DNA from: Octopus vulgaris
Lineage: Eukaryota
DNA: 64,000 bases
Assembly (NCBI GenBank): GCA_951406725.2
Contig: OX597821.1
Span: 89,280,001 to 89,344,000 of the forward strand
Direction: 5' to 3'
Below, piece after piece: positions 11,545-22,653 of this stretch (its first letter is position 1; the number at the start of each line of letters is the position of its first letter). The position numbers and the translations under genes are program-made. Below the pieces are notes generated by a model, which did not search any database, was not told the origin of the DNA, and saw only the letters and a list, made by a program, of their open reading frames with translations.

Positions 11545-12200
11545 ATAGTGGTTAAGAAGTGTTTCATTATGAATGCTGTTTCTTTGCTGAAGCATTGCTG
11601 CTGTGATGTATCATTGGCAAATTGCTATAAGGGGAAAACTGCAAAATTTGGTAGTTTCTTACTGGCACATGTATCTATATGTTCACTGAGTTCTAACTGT
11701 CTATCCCCTGGTATTTGAACTTGTGGTCTATGCTGTCATGTGTTGTCTTAAGGTTATCACAGTTTCCCCGATGTAGTTCTCTCTATATTCTGACCATGTT
11801 AAGCACCATTTGGGTTAACAAATATACAAGTAATGATATCTTTGTATATTGATTTCCTGCTCTCGTTTGAAACATATACCACAACTGGATATTCTACATA
11901 TTTGGTTCCATTGATTTTGCTTGAAATTTGGCCTTCGTTCACATTTCCTTGATTAATTTGGGCTAACTTTGTTTTTCATAAATGTATGTGCTTGAAGAAT
12001 TTGGTTCAACCTGGTGTCTATTTTCGCCATTAGTATGTTTTGAAATATAACGTTGCAGATCTCATTAATTTCGCAATAATGGGTACAAACATATAAGGTA
12101 AAACTTCCAATATGTTTCTTGTGTTAGTGCCTCAACAATAATTTTCTGGGTTTAGTATATTCCATTACCACATAAGGCTGTTAGCTGATTTTCTACCAAG
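11545..12200 (-). pseudogene. Penelope-like GIY-YIG relic (second family)
   Basis: ENYIGETVITLRQHMT and LELSEHIDTCASKKLPNFAVFP..KETAFIMKH. Confidence 0.7.
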
Positions 12201-12395
12201 GAAGGTATCCTTAACCTCTTGAAGTCATATGACAAGTATGTGTTAAACAGATACAATTTTGTAATAGGCATACAGACATACATATAATAGTAATAATAAT
12301 AATATAATGTACATATGTATGTGTGTATGTATATATGTGTGTTTGTGTGTGTATATATATATATATATATATGAGTGTGTGTATGAATATATGGA

Positions 12396-12650
12396 TACAG
12401 GACGTCACCAACTGTGCAAACTGCAGGAAATATGTAGATAAAACAAGTTAAATATGTAAAGAACGAGAGGAAAATATGGAAAACAGGACAAGTTAAAACA
12501 CAGAGAAACGACCCTTCATCAGTTGTCGGCTGTCTATCTACTCCTCATTTCGAGCATTCAACGACAATATGAGTCTTCAAAAACAGTTTCTCCCATAAAT
12601 TCTAAAATAAAATTTAGGATTTATGGAGGGTCAAAGTTGGAAACAAAAAC
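12396..12650 (-). mobile_element. Non-coding Penelope-like (pLTR-type) element carrying the permuted HHR
   Basis: On the plus strand it starts with TACAGGAC next to a TA/TG microsatellite, then an A-rich tract, the HHR motif and a hairpin at 12593-12626. Same layout as 55363-55700. The Penelope assignment is inferred. Confidence 0.5.
12511..12573 (-). ncRNA. Candidate non-circularly permuted (pseudoknotted) hammerhead ribozyme, copy 1
   Basis: Minus strand: CTCA-TA^TTGTCG-ttgaat-GCTC-GAAA-TGAG-15nt-CGACAA-CTGATGA-A-GGGT. Helix III CTCAT/ATGAG, helix I TTGTCG/CGACAA, helix II GCTC/GGGT. Core boxes intact; predicted cut after AUA (between 12568 and 12567). Confidence 0.72.
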
Positions 12651-12664
12651 AGGACAGTGGAGAG

Positions 12665-12950
12665 ACACACTCACCAGTAAAACTTCCACCCATTTCCCCC
12701 TTATTTTTCCAAAATTCCTACTGCGTCCTGCAACCCTTTCAATAGTTTGGAGAGTCAAAACTATTGAAAAGGTTACAAGACGGAACAAAGATTTTAGAAA
12801 AATAAAAAAGAAATAAACGGAAACTCCACCGGTGAGCATGTTAAACACAAGGCACCAAAAGAGAATGACTCTCCCTAGACACAACAGTATATGCTTCAAC
12901 AGACAAACTCACATAAAGAATTTTGCAAACCAAATCCAAAAACGAAATAT
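12665..12950. mobile_element. Repeat with an internal inverted repeat (arms about 85 bp, centre about 12752); homologous to 1639-1775
   Basis: CCTTTCAATAGTTT...AAACTATTGAAAAGG palindrome extending to CTCACCAGT/ACCGGTGAG; 12810-12950 matches the reverse complement of 1636-1775. Confidence 0.6.
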
Positions 12951-12951
12951 A

Positions 12952-13515
12952 TTGGGTTGTCCAGAAAAGTTTGTGCCAATTTTTAAAGGAAAGAAAAAGG
13001 TCAATAAATACTTGCCATTACATTTTTAATCAACCAAATATGAACCATTTTGTTGCACAATGCGTCTCCATCTTTCCTTTAACTTGAAAATACCCTCTTC
13101 CCAGAATTGAGGTGGTTTCATGGCAAACAATTCATCAAGGTATCTTTTTACGTCATCCAAATAATTGAAATTTTTTACCATTAAGACTATTCTGCAGAGA
13201 CCTGAATAAATAGAAATCCGAAGGAGCAATATCTGGTGAATATGGAGGGTGGGGTAACACATCCCAGCCAAGCTGCAGCAATTTTTGTCTGGTTCCCAAA
13301 GCATCAAGTGCCAAAAATGAACTTTCTTATCTTCCCTTTTAAAGGGTTACAGAATTAACACAGGTTATAGGAACATAAATCTTCTTCCACGGAAAGACAG
13401 CTTAAACTGTGCTCTAAATGGAGGTGTAGTCAAATCCTATTTTATGGACTCAGCCATGTTTTAAAATAAGTCGAAAGGTAAGCTAATATAAATCGGCACA
13501 AACTTTCCGGACAAC

Positions 13516-13519
<4 letters not shown>
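12952..13519 (-). mobile_element. Internally deleted mariner (568 bp) with both TIRs
   Basis: TA|TTGGGTTGTCCAGAAAAGTTTGTGCC ... GGCACAAACTTTCCGGACAACCCAA|TA; retains HPPYSPDIAPSDFYLFRSLQN and the C-terminus. Confidence 0.92.
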
Positions 13520-13610
<91 letters not shown>

Positions 13611-13613
<3 letters not shown>

Positions 13614-13795
13614 AGAGGAGGGGCTGAAAAGTTCTTGGCTTTGGGTGAAAGGAAATATAGGTGGATCAGTTACTTAAGATTTTATTCAACATATTCCATT
13701 ATCAGACTTGCATGCTTATTGCAGTGGCCCTTCAATTTTTCTAATCCCTGTAAAGAACTCAGAAGGTTGGGACCGCAACCACACTTTTCTTGATA
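13611..13795 (-). mobile_element. Mariner 3-prime fragment
   Basis: TIR-like GAGGGGCTGAAAAGTTC; C-terminal peptide [19 protein letters not shown]-stop. Confidence 0.6.
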
Positions 13796-13824
13796 CCCAG
13801 TACCTCTTGTGTATATTTTTTCTT

Positions 13825-14008
13825 TTATTCTTTTACTTGTTTCAGTCATTTGTCTGTGGCCATGCTTTTAGTTGGACAAATCAACCCCAGGACTTATTCT
13901 TTGTAAGCCTAGTGCTCATTCCATCAGTCTTCCTTGCCGAACTGCTAATGTATGGAAAACATAAACACACCAACATCAGTGGTTAATCAATGGTGACAGA
14001 CAAATAGA
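13825..14008 (-). mobile_element. SINE family A, 3-prime fragment
   Basis: Reverse complement of the tail, TTTTACTTGTTTCAGTCATTTG. Confidence 0.8.
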
Positions 14009-14029
14009 CAATGTAATTATTCTTTTTCA

Positions 14030-14905
14030 TTCCAGGAGCCATTATATTAAACATTTGCAAAGAGTAACCATGCCTTGCACAAAAAATTCAGCAGAACTGT
14101 CAGATTTTCAAAGAGGTCGTATTGTTGGGCAATCTGAGGCTGGTCTTTGCCAGCAAAAAATTGCCGAAAATCTTCAAATTCCTGTAAATAGAATTATAGT
14201 GCAATTCAAATTCTCGTCCTGGCTGACCTGGGCCCTTGGAAAGGAAGCTTCGCTGTTTGAAAAGAATTGTGAAAAACGAACCCCGTTCAAAGGCTTCTGA
14301 TATCACAAAACAGCTAGAAGTTAGTCCAAGAATGTGTGTTACATATCTGCATTAGCATATTATGGAAGAGCCACTAGAAGAAAAGAAAGAAATGAGGAGA
14401 TACCAGAAAAATCCAGTTCATTTTAGGATAGAGTGATTTTCTCAGATGAACCCAGATTTGCATTATTTTCAGACAGTAGATGTGTTGGGTCTTCCCAATC
14501 AAGAATTTAATTTGAAACAACTCCAACCAACTGTGAAACATGGCGATATCTCTGTATTGGTATGGGGAGCTGTCACCAGCAGTGGTCGTTCTGAGCTAAT
14601 TGAATGCGTTGGAACCATAAACTCTGAAAAATACATCAAAATACCTAAGCAAGGACTACTTCCGATGTATTCACATAATAACATAATAACATAATAACAA
14701 GTTTTTATTCATAGAAGATGGGGCTCCATGCCATACAGCGAAGAGGAATCAACAACGGTTGACTGAAAATGGGATGTAAAAGCTTATTTGGCCAAGCAAA
14801 TCTGGAGAAAAATTCGACAGAAACCTGAAGGTGAATACTTTTGATTATTGCATAAAAAGTGGGAAAAAATTCCATAAAGCTCATCAGTTCAATGCCAAAA
14901 GGATA
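14030..14905 (+). pseudogene. Tc1-family transposase relic
   Basis: [48 protein letters not shown] and WPS; multiple frameshifts. Confidence 0.88.
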
Positions 14906-14938
14906 CATGCCGGAGGGATTTGCCAAAGCAGGGCCAAT

Positions 14939-15369
14939 CCTGCCCCTCTGGCATGTCATGTCATGTAATGTTATAGTTGTCCCCGCCCCTCTGGCTAATC
15001 TGTTTGGCCAGAGGGGCGGGGCCAACCATAACATTACATGACATGTCAGATTCGCCAGAGGGGCAGGGCAAACCATAACATTACATGACATGTCAGATTA
15101 GCCAGAGGGGCAGGGTCAACCATAACATTACATGACATGTCAGATTAGCCAGAGGGGCAGGGCAAACCATAACATTATATGACATGTCAGATTAGCCAGA
15201 GGGGCAAGGCAAACGATAACATTACATGACGTTAGATTAGCCAGAGGGGCAAGGCAAACGATAACATTACATGACATGTCAGATTAGCCAGAGGGGCAAG
15301 GCTACCATAACATTACATGAAATGTCAGATTAGCCAGAGGGGCAGTGTCAACCATAACATTACATGACT
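14939..15369. repeat. 47-bp minisatellite (about 8 units) with an inverted leading unit
   Basis: Unit CCATAACATTACATGACATGTCAGATTAGCCAGAGGGGCAGGGCAAA starts at 15026, 15073, 15120, 15167, 15214, 15259, 15305 and 15352; 14939-14997 is the reverse complement. Confidence 0.92.
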
Positions 15370-15419
15370 AGTTCTTATACTGCTTCTATCTTGAACAGCA
15401 GTATTCTAACAGACTAGTC

Positions 15420-15735
15420 ATCTTTAAATATGCACATGTAAGAAATTGCTTTATACAGTGCTCAGGTGCACGGCAGCTAAGAAAAAAACAGATGGTATCA
15501 GAGGTACTGTTGGCAGATTTCAGGAAGCATGGAAGATTTGAAGGATGTCTTGACAGCTAATGAATGATGTGGGTAGTTTATTCCATGCTTCAACTATTCT
15601 GAGTGGGAGAAAATGTTTCTGAAAGTCATGAGTGCTGTGTTGTTTTTTGATTTTGTAAGCATGTCCATGTGTGTTTGAAATATGGAGTTCAAAAAGGTGC
15701 CCAAGGCTTTTGTTGGAAAAATGGTGGATATATAT
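15420..15735 (-). mobile_element. CR1/L2-group LINE 3-prime end
   Basis: NTHGHAYKIKKQ..KHFLPLRIVEAWNKLP; UTR motif TATACAGTGCTCAGGTGCAC also at about 58739. Confidence 0.75.
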
Positions 15736-16617
15736 CATATATCATTTTAGAAAGGTAATATTCATAATTCATTAATTTATTGCTAAGCAAAGTTTCTTGC
15801 TTCATTGAATGTTGGGTCATCAAAAATATCAAATAACTTCAAATATAATAAGAAACTCTTAGTAGAGTCATCACTTTGGAATCAGTGACTAACAATCTGT
15901 CATTAAGACTCACTTTGACTAACTAACATGTATTAAATATCAGAGAGAAGCAATCACAAACGAGCTCTCAGTGACAAACAATTAGATTTTCAATAGATAA
16001 CACCCATCTCTCATAGTTAACTAACTGTATGATGTAAATATGATTTCCATGACAAATTTGCTTTTAATTCACTTCTATTTAATAAAAATAGAACTGGAAT
16101 TGACCATCTGAGTTATTGTGCTTATATTTCTTATTGGATTCTGTTCTTGAACTGAGGCAAAGTTGAGGCACTATCTGTATGGGTTTTAACGAATTTAAAT
16201 CAAACCCACTAATAAGAGGTTGTGAAGAAGATTTCTTAGCTACAGCACCAATTCTGTATGTTTTATAACATGTGTACAGTAAAAAATATACACATGTACA
16301 GCTTATAAAAAATATATCATCACAAAAATACTTTTAGGTAAGTGTTGATACATATTCATTGGCTCATAAAAATCATGACTGAAAGATATGTGCACGTATT
16401 TAGGAATACACACAGAGAAGCCCACTCATCACACAAATACATAATTGTAAGTAAATTATGGATGTATATATGTATATAGATACATACATACATATATATA
16501 TGTATTTATGAATGTATATATACATATATACACACACATATTATGTCAACAAATATACTTCTATGTGTATGTATGTATATATATATATATATATATATAT
16601 AAATATATGTATATACA

Positions 16618-16717
<100 letters not shown>

Positions 16718-17314
16718 TATGTATATATATGGATGTATGTGTACACATATTTGTAATCCTTAGATTATATGTATAGAAATACATACACACACTCATACAC
16801 AGAGATATATTCTTCACTTTATAATTCTACATTTCTATAGAATAATATCTCCCTGTAATTGGTTTCTTTTGTTGTTGACGCCTATTCTGGATTTTTGCCA
16901 AAATAATCCCTCGAATTTCTTGAAGTTTCTTTCCTTATTTGTCAGTCCAATATGCTGCTGTGAACATTGATAAACTTCTGATGCAAGGAATATTGATAAA
17001 AATGGATGTATAGAATTTATCCAAGTAGATTAGAAAATGTTAAGTCTAAATGAGTTCTGAGAATACACTGGTACTGATTTTTAAAACTATTGTGAATAAG
17101 AAATATTGGTTTCACAGACCAAATATTTCATAGCTAAGGATTAATTATTCTATTTCATATTCTATATCTATTGCTTTATATCGATATCTGTTGATCTATC
17201 CATCTATATGAAGATATATTTGTGTATAAATGTATAAGTCTGCTTCTGTGTGTGTGCATATTTGTGTAAGTTTGTGTGTGTTGGTGTGTGTATGTTTTTA
17301 CGTGTGTGTATATG

Positions 17315-17346
<32 letters not shown>

Positions 17347-17574
17347 AGAGAGTGTATATTATATATATATACATGTATACGTATGTATATACTTACAGAA
17401 ATACACACAGAATCACAGACACACACAATATAAATCCAGCAATTCCTCCATCCATCCATCCATCCAGGCATACATAGATAAATACATACATGCATACATA
17501 CACACACACACACATATATATATACATATATGTACACACATATATGTATATATATATGTATGTATATATATATG

Positions 17575-17653
<79 letters not shown>

Positions 17654-17654
17654 A

Positions 17655-17854
17655 TAATCCAAACAAGAATGCACAAAAAAACACAACAATGTGAGGGCGT
17701 GGAACAAATATAGTATTATTGGACGCTCAGGAAAGAAGGAAAGAAGGAGGGTTTAACGTTTCGAGTGGAGCTCTTCGTCGGAAACATAGGAGAAGGAAAG
17801 ATCCAGAGAAGGGAAGACAGGAAAAAAAAAATCGCCAACGGTACACACGAGGTC

Positions 17855-17855
<1 letters not shown>
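17655..17855 (-). mobile_element. Short Penelope-derived element (about 200 bp) with a minimal HHR, in (TA)n
   Basis: Reverse complement of 28371-28573; flanked on both sides by (TA)n. Confidence 0.75.
17751..17785 (-). ncRNA. Minimal type I hammerhead motif (Penelope type)
   Basis: GTTT-CCGACGA-A-GAG-ctcca-CTC-GAAA-CG-TT^AAAC; palindromic AACGTT in place of helix III; U4 replaced by C. Confidence 0.6.
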
Positions 17856-17892
<37 letters not shown>

Positions 17893-17920
17893 GTACATAC
17901 ATATGTGCATGTATATATAC

Positions 17921-18130
17921 AGCATGGCTCTACAGTTAAGCAGTTTTTCTTTCAAACCATGTGGTTGTGGGTTAAGTTCCATTGCATGGTACCTTGAGCA
18001 AGTGTCATCTACTATAGACTCATGGCATTTAGAAACTTGTGAGTAAAGTTTATTGATTGGAACTGAAAGGCATATATTTGTATGTGTGCATGCATGCGTT
18101 TGTGTGTGTGTTTATGTGTGCATACATGTA
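17921..18130 (+). mobile_element. SINE family A, old 5-prime half
   Basis: Degenerate head, GGTACCTTGAGCAAGTGTC and GGAACTGAAAG. Confidence 0.6.
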
Positions 18131-18340
18131 TAAGTATGTATGCGTTTATGATAAATTCTATCATATCCTGTCTAGCATGAAAATATATCTGACTTTAGGA
18201 TATACTACCTTACTTGGAAACAACTGAGGGTTAATGTTAGGAAGAAGGGTATCTGGCCACAGATAATCTGCCTCAATGAATTACATCTAAGACATACCAC
18301 CATGGAAATATAGATAATCGAATGGTGATTTTCTTGTGTG

Positions 18341-18385
<45 letters not shown>

Positions 18386-18388
<3 letters not shown>

Positions 18389-18746
18389 TGCAGGAGTGGC
18401 TGTGTGGTAAGTAGCTTGTTTACCAACCACATGGTTCCAGGTTCAGTACCACTGCGTAGCACCTTGGGCAAGTGTCTTCTATTATAGCCTCAGGCCGAAC
18501 AAAGAAAGAAGCCTGTCATATATATGTATATATATGAGTGAATGTATGTTTGTGTTTGTCCCCCTAGCATTGCTTGACAACCGATGCTGGTGTGTTTATG
18601 TCCCCGTCACTTAGCGGTTCGGCAAAAGAGACTGATAGAATAAGTACTGGGCTTACAAAGAATAAGTCCCGGGGTCGAGTTGCTCGATTAAAGGTGGTGC
18701 TCCAGCATGGCTGCAGTCAAATGACTGAAACAAGTAAAAGAGAGAG
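18386..18746 (+). mobile_element. SINE family A (internal deletion)
   Basis: Head and tail match the family. Confidence 0.9.
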
Positions 18747-18842
18747 TATATATATATACATATATACATAGATATATATACATATGCATATATGTATATA
18801 TATTACATCCGTCTCCCTCTCTTCCTGTGTACACACACGTAC

Positions 18843-19015
18843 ATCATCACCACCATCATCCTCTTTTAATGTCTGTTATTGATGCTGGCATGGATCAGAC
18901 AGTTTGAGAGGAGGTGGGCAGCTGGAGAGCTGCCTGGGTTCCAGTTGTTTGTTTGGTATGGTTTCTATGGCTGGATGCCCATGCAAATGCCAACCATTTT
19001 CGGAGTGTACTGGGG
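18843..19015 (-). mobile_element. Family E, diverged
   Basis: (CAT)n, GCTGGCATGG and GTTTCTATGGCTGGATGCCC. Confidence 0.6.
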
Positions 19016-19944
19016 CCTTAAACATTGTGCAAACACGGACCTTGATTATGTACACGCAAATATATTAGTCACTGAAATTCCAATGTAGTCTGAGTTTGAA
19101 ATTTTGTGTGTATGTCTTACAATTTTACACTATTACATACTATGGTAATACAAGTACTTTCATGTTTTCTGTAATCTTCAGGTTTATGGTAGCAATATTA
19201 ACTGACAGTTGTGTAACACAACTGTTGATTATCATCCTTTGATATTTTTATTTATGTATCTATGTATGGATGTATTATGGATGTATTATGTATGTGCTTA
19301 TGTCCTCTTAATTGTCTCTTGATTTCTCATCTTTTTTTATTTCCACAAAAATAAACCACATTTAGCTGACAATTAGAAAAATGCTATAGCATGAACAAGA
19401 AGTAAACAGACATTCAAACATGCCAGATAAATTAGTTACAAATATCAGAAAAAAATACAAAGTGAAAGCATTGAATTAATGGCGTTTTAACAAAGTTTCC
19501 AGTGTAGGTAGGTTTGATGGTTACAAATAACAAGCGAACTTGAAAACGTCAATGTGATGCAGAGGAATAAAAAAAGTATTTCAACTACCCAAATTAACAT
19601 AGGAAAGGGGTGTTTAATTTTTTTATTTATTTATTTGTGGCAACATTTATTTATTTATTTATTTACTTATATCGTAGGGATCACTATATATATTCATATA
19701 TTAGAATACATTTGTGGAATCATAATAAATTTGGCCCACTCTAGCTCTCATTAGAACCTCTCCATGCACTGGCCACAGGCTTGACATTGTCCTTACATTT
19801 CAAAATAAGATCTACCCTCACTATATTAAGAATAATTAAGCTTAATAAAATAGACATGGTGAATGTAAATTGGATGCCTCTAGCCTTAACTAACATCATT
19901 AGCTCTTCATCTTTCTTTCTAAGTTTGCCTTTATTATGGTTTTA

Positions 19945-20151
19945 TATCTTCTTCTCCTTCTTCTTCTTCTTCTTTTTCTTCTTCTTTTTCTTCTTCTTCT
20001 TCTTCTTCTTCTTCTTCTTCTTCTTCTTCTTCTTCTTCTTCTTCTTCTTCTTCTTCTTCTTCTTCTTCTTCTTCAACTTCTTCTTCATCTTTTCTTCTTC
20101 TTCTTCTTCTTCTCCTCCTCCTCATCATCATCATCATTATCAAAATTTTTA

Positions 20152-20201
<50 letters not shown>

Positions 20202-20219
20202 ATTATTATTATTATTATA

Positions 20220-20250
<31 letters not shown>

Positions 20251-20277
20251 GTAGTAGTAGTAGTAGTAGTAGTAGTT

Positions 20278-20322
<45 letters not shown>
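19945..20322. repeat. Compound triplet microsatellite (CTT)-(CCT)-(CAT)-(TAT)-(TAG)
   Basis: Direct reading. Confidence 0.95.
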
Positions 20323-20413
20323 ATGGTTAGCAATTTTTTTCCATGTGTGTAATCCAAATTAAGATATATATTTATGTGTGTGCATGTATATTTATATGTG
20401 CATAAATATACAT

Positions 20414-20457
<44 letters not shown>

Positions 20458-20682
20458 GTACATATATATATATATTTCACTTTCGGATACAAGCAATTAC
20501 TGGAAGATTCTAGAAGGGAAGTTTATTATTGAATAAGTTAAGAATATAGTTTAAACTTTTGGTTTCCTGCATTAATTGTCGGTTTCTCATGAGCACAACT
20601 TGCTTGTATATTTGTTTTGTATGCATGTGTGATGAAAATGTGTGTGTCTGTGTGTCTATGGTTGTATTACATAACATTTTAC

Positions 20683-20780
<98 letters not shown>

Positions 20781-21589
20781 CACACACATTGCTTATATTA
20801 ATGTACTTGCATGGAAGAAGATGTATGTCTATTGGAATTTTTGCATCTATTTTTTGGTGCCTATGTGTGTATGTGTGTGTGTTTCTCTCTGTGTGTACAT
20901 GTGTGTGAGTATGTATGGAGAGACACATGTAGCGACAAAAGGCTGTTTTGCATCTATCTCTATATATATATATATATATACAGATATTTATACTTGCATA
21001 TTTGTATATTTATCTATGAGTGTATATCACTATATATATATGTACATATCTATAAATGTATTGAATAAAAGCACACAAATATGAATTGAGTGACACAAAC
21101 ACACATCCTATTTTCTCAATGTATATCTACATTGAACAAAGACAAAGGCACACACACACACACACATATCTATATAAAAGTGCTTCAAGGGTGTAATAAC
21201 ACAAATTTGATCTTCAACAATTATGTATTTATAAATCATAATGTAGTTTTTTTCTGTTAATACTCTTTGTGCTATAGTTTTTACTGCTCTTAATCTAATG
21301 GTACTCTCTCCATCTCACCCACTCTCTCTCTCTTTCTCTCTGTCAAATATATTCTCAGGTAATATATATTTATACTCACAAACACCCACAATAAAATTTG
21401 CGTGACAGAAACCAATTTGGATCCCTGTTATACACACACACACACACACACATACATACACCCTTACACTTTACCCTTTAATACATATGTACATAAACAT
21501 ACATACAAACTTATATGCATACGTACATACATATATTCATATATACATCGCAACTGCTTTCTTGTATATGAGCAAAGCAATTGCTAGAA

Positions 21590-21880
21590 AGAATCATTGA
21601 AATGAGACATTGATGATGCAACGTAAGGCCTTTGTATGACTCTTGAGTCTAGCCAAAGCTTTGCACATTCTATTGCATAATGCACAGCTGTGCTGGCTGG
21701 CAGAAGGAACAGTTGTCACAGTATGGAGTATGGAGTATTTTGACATGCCTTTTCAATCCTCCAACCGGAAGACACACCTTTCCACATGTTGCACATGTTC
21801 TGTTCTGAACAATAACCATATCACAATTTACAAAGGGTGAGTTCTCTGATGGCTGACCAGGCCCACATGACACAAGCATT
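21590..21880 (-). mobile_element. RTE-like LINE C-terminal zinc-finger relic
   Basis: CATCGKVCLPVGGLKRHVKILH and CALCNRMCKALARLKSHTK in different frames; no splice signals seen. Confidence 0.6.
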
Positions 21881-21894
21881 TTCTCTTACACATC

Positions 21895-21949
21895 ACACAC
21901 ATACATACATACATACATACATACATACATACATACATACATACATACA

Positions 21950-21983
<34 letters not shown>

Positions 21984-22236
21984 CATACATACATCCATCC
22001 ATCCATACATACATACATACATACATACATACACACATACATACATACATACATACATACATACATACATACATACATACATACATACATACATACATAC
22101 ATACATACATACATACATACATACATACACACACACATACATACATACATACATACATACACACATACATACATACACATATACACACATACATACATAC
22201 ACACATACATACATACATACATACATACTTACATAC

Positions 22237-22267
<31 letters not shown>

Positions 22268-22320
22268 CATACATACATACACACATACATACATACATAC
22301 ATACATATATGTATGTATGT
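21895..22320. repeat. (TACA)n microsatellite, about 420 bp
   Basis: Direct reading. Confidence 0.95.
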
Positions 22321-22339
22321 AAAGATGAAGATACATACA

Positions 22340-22586
22340 TAAATATAAGGAAAAATTCAGTTGTCACTAATGGCATCTGAGATGCCAGGTATCACTTATA
22401 TAGCTAGAAATAAGAGTTAAAAACACCCTTACAGCTGCAATAAAGCACATTTTTATATACTGATAGGGGAGATAACTTCCTCGCACCGAACAAAATAACT
22501 ATACTAATCTAGTTTTGCTTGAGATTACAAGCTCATCAGTAATGGCTACTGTATTGCTTGATGGTTTGGCTAAATCCTGACTATCA

Positions 22587-22653
<67 letters not shown>

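Noticed and set aside
15005-15369. CRISPR-like appearance of the 47-bp array
   Set aside because: Units are contiguous near-identical repeats without unique spacers, there are no cas genes, and the context is eukaryotic.
21670-21879. Host C2H2 zinc-finger gene exon
   Set aside because: The two fingers are in different frames, lack TGEKP linkers and fit an RTE LINE C-terminus better.
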